Assembly: GCA_013239625.1 (NCBI GenBank)
Contig: MU054338.1
Coordinates: forward strand, 4,551,371-4,615,370
DNA from: Lama guanicoe
Taxonomy: Eukaryota
Direction of reading: 5' to 3'
DNA: 64,000 nt
Within the stretch, counting starts at the first letter, position 1, and every line of letters starts with the position of its first letter. A program made the translations under genes and the position numbers. Of the stretch, positions 39,720 to 51,557 are shown piece by piece. Under the pieces are notes generated by a model. The model was not told the origin of the DNA. It saw only the letters and a list, made by a program, of their open reading frames with translations, and did no database searches.

Positions 39720-40100
39720 ATTTCAAAATCTCTAAATACTGTATGATATCACTTCTATGGGGAATCTTAATAAAAAAGAGAGACAAAGGAAATTATTTAC
39801 AAAACAGAAACAGACTTACAGACGTAGAAAACCACCTTGTGGTTACCATGGGGAAAGGGAGGGGCGGAGGGACAAACTGAGGGTTTGAGATTTGCAGATA
39901 CTAACTGCGACATATAAAATAGATAAACAACAAGTTGCTACTGTACAGCACAGGGAACTGTATTCAATACCTTGTAATAGCCTATAATGAAAAAGCATAT
40001 GTAAGGGAATATATTCATGTATGTTTGTATAACTGAATCACTATGCTGTACATCAGAAATTAATGTTGCATTGTAAACTGACTATACTTCAATTTAAAAA
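39720..40100 (+). mobile_element. L1 3' UTR fragment
   Basis: atttacaaaacagaaacagact...cagcacagggaact.tattcaata. Confidence 0.85.
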
Positions 40101-40292
40101 GGGGAAAAATGTTTAATAAGGGCCCAGCGACAGCCTTCCCAGCTACTTACTTATATCCCCATTTTTGGCTTTTAGAATGTAGGATCCTGTAAAGATTGTG
40201 GAGACAGAGCTCTTCTAATTAAAGTAACAAAGCACTTTCTTTCCTGTGATGAGTCTGTGTCATTAATCTGCCTCATCCCTTTTCTGTCCTAG

Positions 40293-40360
40293 AAATCAGA
40301 AGTAATAACTGCCTTAAACTTGGCCAGAGGGATGCATTTTGACAAAACTGTAAGAAGCAG
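40293..40360 (+). pseudogene. Paralog stalk exon A (IRSNNCLKLGQRDAF*QNCKKQ) with in-frame TGA
   Basis: tttctgtcctag / GTAAGC; 68 nt, phase 1-0; TGA at 40340-40342. Confidence 0.55.
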
Positions 40361-40634
40361 GTAAGCGTCACAACTTGATGAATTTGCATCCACTTGGATA
40401 AAAGGCACACGGAAGGAAGATCTTGTCAGAATGGAGTGGGGTACTGTTGAGCGGGCTATTTCAGCATGGTGCCCGTGTGTATTCGTCATATACTGCTGCA
40501 TAACAAGTTAACCCAGAACTTACTGGCTTAAACAGCAATCATTACCCCCCAGGTTCTATGGATCAAGAATCCAGGGGGTACTCAGCAGGGTGCCCTGGTG
40601 TAGGGTATCTAAGAAGGCTGTAATCAAGGAGCGA

Positions 40635-41310
40635 TGACATGGAGAAACTGGAACCCTCATCCACTGCTTGTGGGAAATTATAAAGCTCCTCTGGTAAACA
40701 GCTGGCAATTCCTCAAACATTTAAATATGGAATTACCATGTGATCCAGCAATTCCACTCCTAGGTACACACTCCAGAAAACTGAAAATGTAGCTCCACAC
40801 AAACACTTGTACATGAGTGTTCATAGGGACATTATTCACAATAGCCAGAAAGTGGAAATAACCAACACATGCATTAATTCATGAATGGATAAAAGAAATG
40901 CGGTCTATCCATACCATGGACTATTACTCAGCCATGAAAATGAGTGAAGCCCTGAAACTCACTACAACATGGATGAGCCTTGAAAACATGATGCTCAGTG
41001 AAAGAAGCCAGACACAGAAGGCCACCTATTATATGATGCAACTTATATGAACTGTTCAGAATCGGCAAATGCAAAGACCCCGAGAGTAGACTGGCAGTTG
41101 CCTCAAGACTTGGGGGTAGGTGGGTGGAAAGGCTGAGGAGTGATAGCTGGGGAATGCACAGTTCTTTGGGGAGTGATTAAATTGCTCTAAAATTGATGGT
41201 GGTGTTGGTTGTACAGATTTGTGTATGTACTAAAAACCCATTGAACGGTATGCTTCAAATGGATTAATCACATGCTATGGGAGTTATATCTCAATAGAAC
41301 TGTTAAAGGG
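40635..41310 (+). mobile_element. L1M 3' end
   Basis: ggagaaactggaaccctcat...ccagcaattccactcctagg...gctcagtgaaagaagccagacac. Confidence 0.85.
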
Positions 41311-41626
41311 AAGAAAAGACGTTGGCTGGAATTGGCCGACATGCGTGCTTGCTCCCCCTAGTACCATCCAAGATTTTAGAGCCTGAAGACACCATCAAGA
41401 CCATCCATTCTACCCCTTGTGTTTTCAAACGGGGAAGCCGATGCCCAGAGAGATTTAAGTGACTTTTTCAAGGTCACACTGCTGGTTGGTGGCAAAGTTG
41501 TGTCTTGGTTGCCCATTTCAAGGTGTGTGTTTGGAGCTCGTCCGCAAAAACGACTAGACGGCCAGTTCAGCTGATGAAAAATTAAAAAAATAAAAAGGAA
41601 AAATAAATCATCTTCTTCTCTCTTAG

Positions 41627-41728
41627 TTAAAGGAGACCAGTTCTCAGAACAACAGCAGACAGACTTGCACCCGGTTGTCAAGGCTGTCTCACGACTGTGG
41701 AGCGGGGAAGACGACTGTATCCTTACAG
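41627..41728 (+). pseudogene. Paralog stalk exon B (LKETSSQNNSRQTCTRLSRLSHDCGAGKTTVSLQ)
   Basis: tcttcttctctcttag / GTCTGA; 102 nt, phase 0-0; ends like the ADGRE1 stalk segment C..KTTV(V)SLK as recalled. Confidence 0.6.
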
Positions 41729-42094
41729 GTCTGAGGTTCCTCGGCTCTGGTTGCAGACGGATAGTTTTTTCCCCGCTACCCTTTGAAGTAGACTCTATGT
41801 TTCAGAGCAGTGGTAGGTTCACAGCAAAACTGAGCAGAAAGTACAGAGAGTTCTCATGTGCCTTCTGCCCCGACATGCACACATCCAGCACCAGATGGTA
41901 CTTCTGTGAACCAATATTGACATATCAGTATCGCTCCAAGTCTGCAGTTTATGCTGGGGTTCAGCTCGTGGTGTTGTATATCCTGTGGGTTTTGCCAAAT
42001 GTACCATGATATATATGCACCATTACAGCGTCATACAGAGTAATTTCACTGTCCTAAAAATCTTCCGAAAAAGCCATCTCTATATATTTGTATT

Positions 42095-42175
42095 TAATGG
42101 AGGTACTGGAGATTAAAATTGGGACCTCATGTGTGCTAAGCACGTGACCTACCACTGAACTATTACCCTCCCTCC
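42095..42175 (-). mobile_element. Vic-1-like SINE
   Basis: ggaggtactggagatt...tgtgctaagcac...accactga. Confidence 0.8.
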
Positions 42176-43041
42176 TCACATAAGTTTTAAGAAATGTCTT
42201 TGAATAACCATTTTACCTATCTCAGGAGTACGACGTGGCATTTTGATACACATATACATAATGAAATGATTAATTAGAATAACGACAGTAAAGCTAATTA
42301 ACGTATCCATTTCTTCACACATTTACCTTTTTTTGTGTGTGGTGAGGTGCCCTGAAATCTACTCTTGGCAAATCTTCAGCATATGATACAGTATTCTTTT
42401 TTTTAAAATATGGTATTCTTAGCCATCTTCATCGTGCCGTTCCTTAGATCTCAAGACTCCTGCATCCTGCCTAACTGCAACCTTGGACCCTTTGACCAAT
42501 GCACAGGGACATTTTTAACAAAACAAATACTGTAGGTCTGAAAAGTGTTGGAAGACTCGCTGGGGGATCGTCTACTGAGACGAAGTTTAGCACACGAGTC
42601 CTGTAAAAGTTCTCAGAATGGGTCATGACACGGGGTTTGCACATTCGGGGCAACCTCGTCTCAGAGAGGCACCTTGGAGTTTATGTGTCGAGGTGGGTGC
42701 GGTGGTTCAGGCAGAACTTTGAGCCCCTCAAGTCTCCGTCAATGAGCATAGATGCCTCTTCTTTTTACATTTTATTTAAAATTTTATTTTTTTTAATTAA
42801 TCCTGTGGCAAAATGTCCAGGAAGTGTCCTGCAAAACAAAATCTTCTCCCTCCCCAGACCAGAAAGGCGCTCTGCAAAAGTAGAAGAGAAAGAAATCAGT
42901 TTTATTACAGAATTAGTAGGCTGGAGGGGCGGGGGCTATTGGTGGATTTGTTTGGGTAAAACTCAAGTTCAGATTTATTTGAGTAAAGAACCTGGACCTC
43001 ACAAAGCCTCCTGTTCTTATAAGCAACCTTGTTTCTAACAG

Positions 43042-43216
43042 GGGATGAAGGACTCGTATCCGATCCTCACAAACCTCATTTCCCAGTTAACTGCTGGGAA
43101 GCAAAAAGAGAAAGCTCTGCTGGTGATGCTGTACCTGCAAAGGGTGGAGGAGGCTGCCTTTACAGCTGCATCCAGAGATGGGAAAGGCAGGCAGAAGGTC
43201 GAAGGGCAGTTCATGG
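43042..43216 (+). pseudogene. Paralog GAIN exon (GMKDSYPILTNLISQLTAGKQKEKALLVMLYLQRVEEAAFTAASRDGKGRQKVEGQFM)
   Basis: tttctaacag / GTAAGG; 175 nt, phase 0-1; amphipathic helix LxxVE typical of the ADGRE GAIN subdomain A. Confidence 0.7.
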
Positions 43217-43679
43217 GTAAGGAATCGCGATGCTGGTGAATGCAGCTCCGGCTGTGTGTTGCCAGGCTGTGTCCTGGCCAGTTGGTACATCACCTCACAA
43301 AATCCCCCCAGCAGTGCTGGGACGCAGGAGTGGTCACCTCCTCCACTTCACAAGGAGTCTGAGGTCTAGAAAAAGGGCATGAGTTCCTGGCTTCCTAAAT
43401 GGCCGAAGAGCCAGGGATTGGACCTTCCAACCAGGTCTGAGCACACACTCTTCTCTGAACCAGCACACGGACCGCCAGCGTCCACTGTCGGGGACCATTT
43501 TGGATTTCATCTCTTTGATTTTTTTCTACAGGGACCCACCGTCAAGAGTTGGAGGTAGCTCATTTCGTTAGGCACCAAAAATGCTGCATGGAGTGAATAG
43601 GAGGTGGCTTTAATTTTGGAGTGGGGAGATCTCTTTAGTTCTTCTTGTCAATAATTGAGGAATCACAGATGGCTTTTGT

Positions 43680-44335
43680 CAAAAGACAGAAAATAACAAG
43701 TGTTGACAAGGATGCAGAGAAACCAGAACCTTTATGCACTGCTGGTGGGGATGTAAAATGGTGCAGCCTCTAAGGAAAACAGGATGGTGGGTCCTCAAAA
43801 TCCTAAACTTAGAATAATCACGAGATCCGACAATTCCACTTCTGACTATATACCCCCGAAGAACTGAGAGCAGGGTCTTGAGATGTCTGTACATTGATAT
43901 TCCGTATTTGTAACAGCCAAGAGGTAGAATCAACCCAAGTGCCCATCAACAGATGACTGGATAAACACAATGTGGTCCATCCACACAATGGAATGTTCTT
44001 CAACTTTGAAGAAGAAGGAAGTGCTGACACCTGCTACAACATGGTTGAATCGTGAGGACATGATGCTCAGTGAAATAAGCCCATTACAAAAGGGCAAATA
44101 CTGTCTGTTCCACTCATAGGAAATCCCTAGAGGACTCAAAATCATAGAGACAGAAAGTAGGATGGTGAAGGCCAGGGGCTGGGGGAGGGGCTGGGGAGTC
44201 AGTGTTGACCTGGATAGAGTTGCAGTTTGGGAAGATGAGAAAGTTCTGGAGATGGGTAGTGGGGATGGCTGCACAGCAGTGTGAATGTGCTTAATGCCGC
44301 TGAGCTGTGCACTTAGACATGGTTTATATTATGTC
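43680..44335 (+). mobile_element. L1MB-type 3' end
   Basis: aaataacaagtgttg.caaggatg...gctggtgggatgtaaaatggtgcagcc. Confidence 0.85.
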
Positions 44336-44508
44336 TTAGTCCCTAGTTTACTGTTTGAACTTGGCTAAACTCTCACTGGGTTTGAACTCCGTTTCTCCAG
44401 AATAATCAGGAGGCAGACTCCTCTCTCCTGTCCCGAGCTGAGTGTGATCACACGGGAGCAGGTGGGTAAGTGGATGCTGGTGTTGACCACACGTGCTCTG
44501 TTTTTTAG

Positions 44509-44625
44509 CCTTTGAAACGCTGAAGGTTAAGCAGAGCTGCTCGCGGGAGAAGACACTCAGGCTGAGAGCAGAAAATCAGACGGTGACCATTCACTGCGCC
44601 ACCATCGCGGAGGGGCGTATGGGAG
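44509..44625 (+). pseudogene. Paralog GAIN exon (AFETLKVKQSCSREKTLRLRAENQTVTIHCATIAEGRMG)
   Basis: ttttttag acceptor; ET..C..L.L.A....I.C pattern parallels ADGRE4 exon 7; donor position uncertain (weak GTAGCG). Confidence 0.75.
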
Positions 44626-44963
44626 GTAGCGCAGACGGGGCCCTCAGATTTAGACAAAACAGCCCGACAGCTTCCCCAGTGAACTTCCACGTTGCTCCTT
44701 TATAACACATTCCCGGAATCCGTTCATTGTCACCTAAGTTCCACGCTTTTGTAAAGCCACCAGGATCTAAATCCACATGCAGCCCTCACAGCCAGAAAAA
44801 AAAAAAAAGATAATAAAGCAATTTCCTATTTTGTTTATTTGCAATGTGTCACAGTAGGAATAGAATGCTGGGTTTCTTAATCACTTCCTCTGTCTGTTCT
44901 TTGTGTTAACTCGCCTTTAACTCTCACGATGCTACAGGGTAATGTCCTTAAAACACGTGTGTT

Positions 44964-45100
44964 GGGAAGAGGGGTACAGCTCAGTGGTAGAGTGTGTGCT
45001 TAGCATGCACGGTCCTGGGTTCAATCCCCAGTACTTCCAGTAAAAAAAAAAAGAAGAAAAAAACAAACTCCCCCCCAAAACAAAACAACAAAGAAAAACA
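44964..45100 (+). mobile_element. Vic-1-like SINE
   Basis: ggggtacagctcagtggtagag...cctgggttcaatccccagtac. Confidence 0.9.
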
Positions 45101-45199
45101 CAAGTGTCATTCCCCTGCACACGAGCAGTGAATGGCTTCTCATTGCCTACCAGAAAACCCCAGAAAAACTAGTCTTTTAGCTCATTTTTTAAAATCCTA

Positions 45200-45980
45200 C
45201 CTTTGCAGCAACATGGATGGACCTAGAGATGGTCATACTAAGTGAAGTAAGTCAGGCAGAGAAAGGCAAGAATCATATATCACTTACGTGTGGAATCTAA
45301 AAAATAATACAAATGAATGTATTTATGGGACAGAAACAGATTTACAGGCATAGAAAACAAATGTATGGTGACCAAAGGGGAAGGAGGGGGAACCTGTAAA
45401 TTAGGAGTTTGGAATTAGCAGATACACACTACTATATACAAAATAGACAAACAGCTAGGTCCTAGTACATAGCACAGAGAACTATATTCAATATCTTGTA
45501 ATGACCTATAATGGAAAAGAGTCTTAAAATACATATATATACATACGTACATATATATGTATAACTGAATCACTTTACTGTACACCCTGAAACTAACACA
45601 ACATAGGACGTCAACTGCACTTCAGTAAAAAAATTATAATGCAAAAAAATCCTAACAGTTTCAGTATTTATTATTTATTGACTTATTTATGCTTTATGCT
45701 TTTAATTTAAACATTTTAAATTGAGGTGTAACCGACTATCAGTTTCAAGTGTGCAATGTAATTATTTGATATTTGTCTCATTTTTATTAAAAAAATTTTT
45801 TTTAGTGAAGGATAGTTGATTTACCCTATTGTGTTAAGTTTCAGGTGTACAGCAAAGTGATTCCATTTTATATATATATATATTTTTTTTTAAGATTCTT
45901 TTCCATTATAGGTCATTATAAGGTATTGAATACAGTGCCCTGTGCTATACAGAGGTCTTTGCTGTTAATGTCTTTAACCT
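45200..45980. mobile_element. L1 3' UTR fragments (sense about 45200-45640, antisense about 45800-45980)
   Basis: gcagcaacatggatggacctagaga... and ttccattataggt.attata.ggtattgaata.agt.ccctgtgctatac. Confidence 0.8.
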
Positions 45981-46202
45981 TCATCTCCCCGAATTACAAA
46001 ACTAAACTGTGATTATTTATGTGAGTGAGTCACTCGGAACACTGTCCCAGAGCAGAGGCTCAACAAATGGGAACTAAAATTATTCTTTCCAGTGGGCTGG
46101 CATCCCATTCACAAGTGAGATTTAACACGATGATCCCTTAAATTGTTGACCTGGCCACCAGGTGGGCATCACTGAAACCCAGTGGGGCCTTCTTTATCTC
46201 AG

Positions 46203-46388
46203 GTGCTGCTGCATTTATAGCCTATGCTTCAATTGGCTCCATCATCAATGAGAACTTTGTGTCTGAGGAGAACCTAAGGGCAAAGGAAAAGCTGCATAAT
46301 TTCTAGTCAGACTCCAAGATAGTGAGCGGGATCCAAGAAGAATGCCTCGCTCTCCAGGTCTATTAATTTCACGTTTCAGCATGAACAG
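46203..46388 (+). pseudogene. Paralog GAIN exon with nonsense codon and frameshift (GAAAFIAYASIGSIINENF...NF*SDSKIVSG / SKKNASLSRSINFTFQHEQ)
   Basis: Homologous to ADGRE4 exon 8. TAG at 46304-46306. Exon length 186 is out of phase by 1 and homology jumps frame near 46330. Confidence 0.85.
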
Positions 46389-47574
46389 GTGTGTTGAAAC
46401 CAGGTAACTTTATTATTACATCTGCAGGGGTTTTGTCATTAAATGGGAATGTTTCCATGTTGATGATTTCATGGGTAGAAAGTCTTTAAAAACGAGTTGG
46501 GTTCTCATATCTCTAAGAGAGTTTGGGACATGGTGTTGAAAAGTCCAAAGTGAGCCAGAAGTATGATGTGGCTGCCTGGAAAATTTGCATACCCTTGAGG
46601 CGGATTTTCAGAAGCCTCTCAAGTGTCCACCAGGGCCCTGGCCTGGTCACACCCAATCTGGGGCCACACAATTTTAAGAAGAAACAAACATGGACCAGCA
46701 TATGGGGTGAGCGATAGTCATTAAATTTTTTGAAGTGCTTACTGAGTGCCACACCAAGGCATCGTACCAACCACGTTTCAGTAGACGAGCATCTTAGGTT
46801 TCAGGACAATGTCTAAATTTAAAAATGATTCCGTCTTCTTCAGAGGGGGTTCTATTTGCTGTGTCACAATGACCTCAGAAGTCGGTGACTGAAGGCAATA
46901 AACATGTATTAGCTCATTGAGATGCTGGGGGTCAGGAGTCTTGCAGTGGCTTGCAGAGGTGGTTCTGGCTCAAGGTTTCTCGTAAGCAAGTGCTGTCCTA
47001 AATGCTGACCTGGCTCCAGTCACCTGAGGGCTTGACAGGGGCAGAAGCATCTGTTTTCAAGACGGCGCCCTCACATGGCTGCTGGCAGGCGGCCTCAGCT
47101 TCCTGCCCCACGGGGCTCGCCAAAGGGCTGCTTCAGTGTCCTCACCACATGGTAGCTGGCTTCCCCCCGAGTGAGTAATCTATGAGCACGAAGGTGCGAG
47201 GAGGAAGTCTCCTTGTGCCTTTTATGACCATCTCAAAAGTCACACTCTGTCACATCTGCATTCTACTCATTACAGGTGACTCGTAAAGGGCAGCCCGCAC
47301 CGACAGGGAGAGGAGTTAGGCGGGACACTTTGGAGGGAGTGTCAAAGAACATATGGACAGGTTTTAAACCACCACAGGGATAGTATAGAGTCTGGAACCG
47401 AAGAGTCTGTGTTCAAATCTCAGCTGCCTTCCTGCTCACCCGTTAGGCAAGTTATCCAAGCGTCGGTGCCGTGCTCAGCCTGGTAAGCAGAGGGTCTGCT
47501 ACGGATAATTGCCGTGTGTCTTGGTGACATGTGGGTTAAATGGGTTAATGTACATAAAGCGCTTAAAATCATAC

Positions 47575-47770
47575 TTGCCATCAACAAAGGGTGTTGAGAA
47601 GACGGGATATCTCCTGCAAAAGAGTCAAGTCGGACCCTCACACCAAATACAACATTAACACAAAATGGATCAAAGGCATAAATGTGAGACCTAAACCTGT
47701 AAAACTCTTAGGAGAAAACGTAGTGGAAAAGCTTCATTACATTGCATTTGACAAGAGTTTCCAGGGTATG

Positions 47771-47822
<52 letters not shown>

Positions 47823-48230
47823 AATAAAAAAAAAAAAAAAAAGGCGATGAAGTAGAAATAGACAAATTGGACTTTATAAAGCTAAAGGCGTCTGCACATC
47901 AAAGGACATAAACCATGGAGTGAAAAGGCAACCAACGGAAGAGTAGGAAATATTTACAATTCATGTATCTGATAAGGAGTTAGTATCCAGAATACATAAA
48001 GAACTACTACAGCCCAACAGCAACAACAATGAATAAATTAATTTTTTGAAAAGATATGCAAAGGACCTAAATAGACATCTCTCAATACACAGATGGCCAA
48101 GAAGCACATGAGAAGATGCTCAGTGTTACAAATCATTAGGAAACTGTCCATCAAAACCACAGTGAGATCTTACCCCACCCCCATTAGGACGACTGCTATT
48201 TAAAAAAAAAAAAAGCATGCAACAGAAAAT
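47575..48230 (+). mobile_element. L1 ORF2 3' fragment containing a long poly(A) tract
   Basis: caaaatggatcaaag.c.taaatgt.agacct.aaac...atctgataagg.gtta.tatccagaata. Confidence 0.85.
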
Positions 48231-48763
48231 GATAAGAAAGGAAAGTTGCTTTTAATCAGAATGCCCACAATCTGGGGAGATGGCGGATTCAGTGTCTCTC
48301 AAAGGCCATCTCCCCAGATTCTGCTCATCCGTGAAAGTTTTAAAGGGAAAAGGGGAAGAAATCTCAGTTAATCACTGAGACAGGAGGTCAGGGCTGTCTC
48401 CATCCCCCACTGCCTGCAGGCTTGTCAATGTCTCTCGTGATCTTTCCTTGAGATGCTGTCTTGTTCACAACAGCCTTTCCCCGAGATCACTGGAGGCAGG
48501 GCTCAGGATGAGATCTGGTCATCTGTTAATGCCTTAGTCTCCATTCCTCCTTCTTTGATCTGGGAAAGAACCAACACATTAGGCAAGGTAGGGTGATCAA
48601 AAGATTTGAAAAGTGTGCTTGGGCGGGGGGTGAGTAGACCGTGCGGGCACCTAGTTCAAGGTTAGTGACCAGATAAAAGGGACCTCCTGCAGAAAGCTCT
48701 TTCCCACCAAGAGCTCTTTCCTGCCAAAAGCTGCTGGCAAGAGGCGGTGTGATTGTTCTCCAG

Positions 48764-48922
48764 GGGAAGAAGGAAAGCGAATGGGCTCTCCGCGTTTACT
48801 GGCATGGGTCATCTTGGTCTACAGGGGGCTGCCAGGTCATTTCTTCAGACAAAAATCAAACCCTTTGCAGCTGCAGCCACCTCTCCAGCTTTGCTGTACC
48901 CGTGGCATCAACCGAACTGAAG
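48764..48922 (+). pseudogene. Paralog GPS exon (GKKESEWALRVYWHGSSWSTGGC...[19 protein letters not shown])
   Basis: gttctccag / GTAATC; 159 nt; GPS motif with first Cys replaced by Arg and Stachel Leu by Pro. Confidence 0.9.
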
Positions 48923-49059
48923 GTAATCTCTGCTTTGGGTAAACAAAATGACCTTTCATTGACACAGAACCTTAACAAGTTCCATAAAGAAGAGGACTGA
49001 CTGCATTCTAACACTGAAAGGAGATGAGGTTTTCTTTTGAACACTTTAATTTTTTTTTT

Positions 49060-50365
49060 TTGCTTTGTTTTGGGGGATAAGGGGGCAGTAATTAGGTTAT
49101 TTATTTGTTCATTTTAATGGATAAATTAGGTAATTAGGTTTCTTTATTTATTCATTTTAACAGAGCTCCTGGAGATCGAACCCAGGACCTCGTGCATGCT
49201 AAGCACACGCTCTACCACTGAGCTATACCCTCCCCTCCCAACAGATAAATAGGACAGATAAGTAACAAAGACCTGCTGTGTAGCACAGGGAACTATATTC
49301 AATTTCTTGTAATAACATATCATGGAAAAGAATCTGAAATATATACATATGTATGTGTATGTATAACTGAATTGCTTTGCTGTACACCTGAAACTAACAT
49401 TATAAATCAACTACACTTAAATAAAAAATTAAATTAAAAAAAGAAAAGGAACATATACATGTATGTGTAAGTGAATCACTGTGCTGTATGCTGGAAATTA
49501 ACACAACATTGTAAACCAATTGGACTTCAGTTTTAAAAAATGAAATTAATCCTCTCGGCAGATTTCAAGTGTAAGATGCAGTACCGTCACCACGCTGCAC
49601 CTTAGGGCTCCAGGACTCATTCATCTCACATACCTGAAACTTTGCACCCTCTGACCACATCACCTCCTTTTCCCCTCCCCCCAGCCCCTGGCAACCACTA
49701 TTCTGCTCTCTGCTTCTATGAGTTTAACTGCCTTAGATTCTACATACAATTGAGATCATGCAGTGTTTGTCTTTCTGTATCTGGCTTGTTTCAGGGTTTT
49801 TTTGTTGTCTTTTCAGCATTTTTTTAATTACAAAAGAGTTGTCAGCATCTGGGTATATCCCCCAAAGAGTTGAAAGCAAGATCTCAAAGATATTTGCATG
49901 CAAGCATATCCACGACAGCTAAAAGGGGAAAATAACCAAGTGTCAACCGGGAAACAAAACGTGGTCCATCCACACAACAGAATACACTCAGCCTTAAGAA
50001 GGAAGGGGATTCTGACACCCACCACCACAGGGATGAACCTTGAGGACTTGATGCTCAGTGGAACAATCCAGTCACAAAAAGACAATACCATGCGATTCCA
50101 CTTCTGTGAGGTCCCTGGGGTCATCAAAACTTCAGAGATAGAAAGTAGGATTGTGGTTGCCAGGGTCTAGGGAGGGCAGAGGGGGAGTTGTCGGTTAATG
50201 TGTGCGGAGTTTCAGTTTTACGAGATGAAAAGAGTTCTGGAGATGGCGGCTGGTGAGGGTCACAAAACACTATGAACAGACTAAACACTCCTGAACTGTC
50301 CCCTCAAAAATGGGTAAGGTGGTAAAATTTGCACTATGTATGTTTTACCACAAATTAAAAAAATA
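49060..50365. mobile_element. Vic-1-like SINE (minus strand, about 49060-49240) followed by L1 fragments of alternating orientation
   Basis: SINE head gatcgaacccaggacctcgtgcatgctaagcac; L1 3' motifs. Confidence 0.8.
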
Positions 50366-50771
50366 GTCCCCGGCATTTAAAAATTGAGAGATTTTGCACA
50401 GCCATCCCGATTTCCAGCTTTTTTGAAAGAATGAAAGTGATGGCCGTTTGGGGCTCAATAGAAACAGTCGCTTTTTTTAAAAAATTGAAGTATAGTTGGT
50501 TGCAATGTGTCAATTTCTGATGTACAGAACAATGTCCCAGTTATGCATATACATACATATATTCGTTTTCATATTCTTTTTCATTAAAGGTTATTACAAG
50601 ATATTGAATAGTTCCCTGTGCTATACAGAAGAAATTTGTTTTTTAAATCTATTTTTATATACAGAAGCTAACATTTGCAAATCTCAAACTCCCAAATTTA
50701 TCCCTTCCCACTCCCAGCAACCATAAGATTGTTTACTACGTCTGCAAATCTGTTTCAACAACAGTTGCTTC

Positions 50772-51288
50772 TGATACAGGAAAAATGGGGTGAGAGAGGA
50801 TGGCCAGGTCCCAGGTCCCAGGTCCCAGGCAAGTCCCTGGAATGTGCCCCATCAAGTGAGGGTCCTTGGCTTCATGCAGGAAAGGATTCAGGAGCAAACC
50901 ATAGTTGAGAAAAAGTAGATTTATTCAGAAAGATGCACATTCCATAGACAGAACACAGATATTCTCGAAAGGCAGAGAGAGAGAGAAGGAGGGGGTGGCT
51001 CTGGGATGCGGGATTAGAAGCTTTTATAGGTCAGTAGCTTCCTATGCTAACAAATGGGAGGTTTATTCAGCTACCTTGGGGAAGGGCCGTCGCCCACTTT
51101 TTGACCTTTTTTGGCCATCCCTGAAGCTGTTCTGGCTCCTGTGGGGGGACCCTTTATCAGCTATTGTATTTCAACGAGTGTATATTTAAGTTCAAGGTCT
51201 ACTGGAAGTTCAATATTCTACCGTCTTGGTGCTAATTGCTCTGTCATTCTTTTAATGGCTGTGCCCTGCCCCCTTCCCTCCTGTCTCA
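50772..51288 (-). mobile_element. ERV1-type solo LTR
   Basis: TG...CA termini, CTTC/CTTT flanks; reverse-complement homolog of the LTR at 57570-58127. Confidence 0.8.
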
Positions 51289-51557
51289 CTTTTAAGAAGG
51301 GTCATGGAGCACAGTTTCAAACAGTGCCTATCCCCTAAATCTAGTCTGCTTCTCAAATATATTCTGCCTCCCTGACCCTCTGTGAGTATTTGAGGTTCAA
51401 ACCTGTAGGCTGACTCTAAGAAGTGCAAGAACTCAATCTAAGCATGTTGCTCTGGACCACTATGTTCCACGGACCTTATATCCCATTTGCCCAAAGAACG
51501 GTGGGCATTGCTCTCCACGTCCCCATCAAACGCTCCCAACCCGCCCCTCCCCTCCAG

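Noticed and set aside
46152..46170. Second CTCF-like motif TGGCCACCAGGTGGGCA
   Set aside because: Spacing of the 3' GGC part is off by one base, so the match is weaker.
47591..47827. ORF ending in poly-lysine
   Set aside because: L1 ORF2 remnant running into a poly(A) tract.
49165..49240. Bona fide tRNA-Ala gene (also near 60358, 59047, 44964 and 19995)
   Set aside because: Acceptor stems are imperfect, each copy has the shared SINE tail, and copies are dispersed within other repeats.
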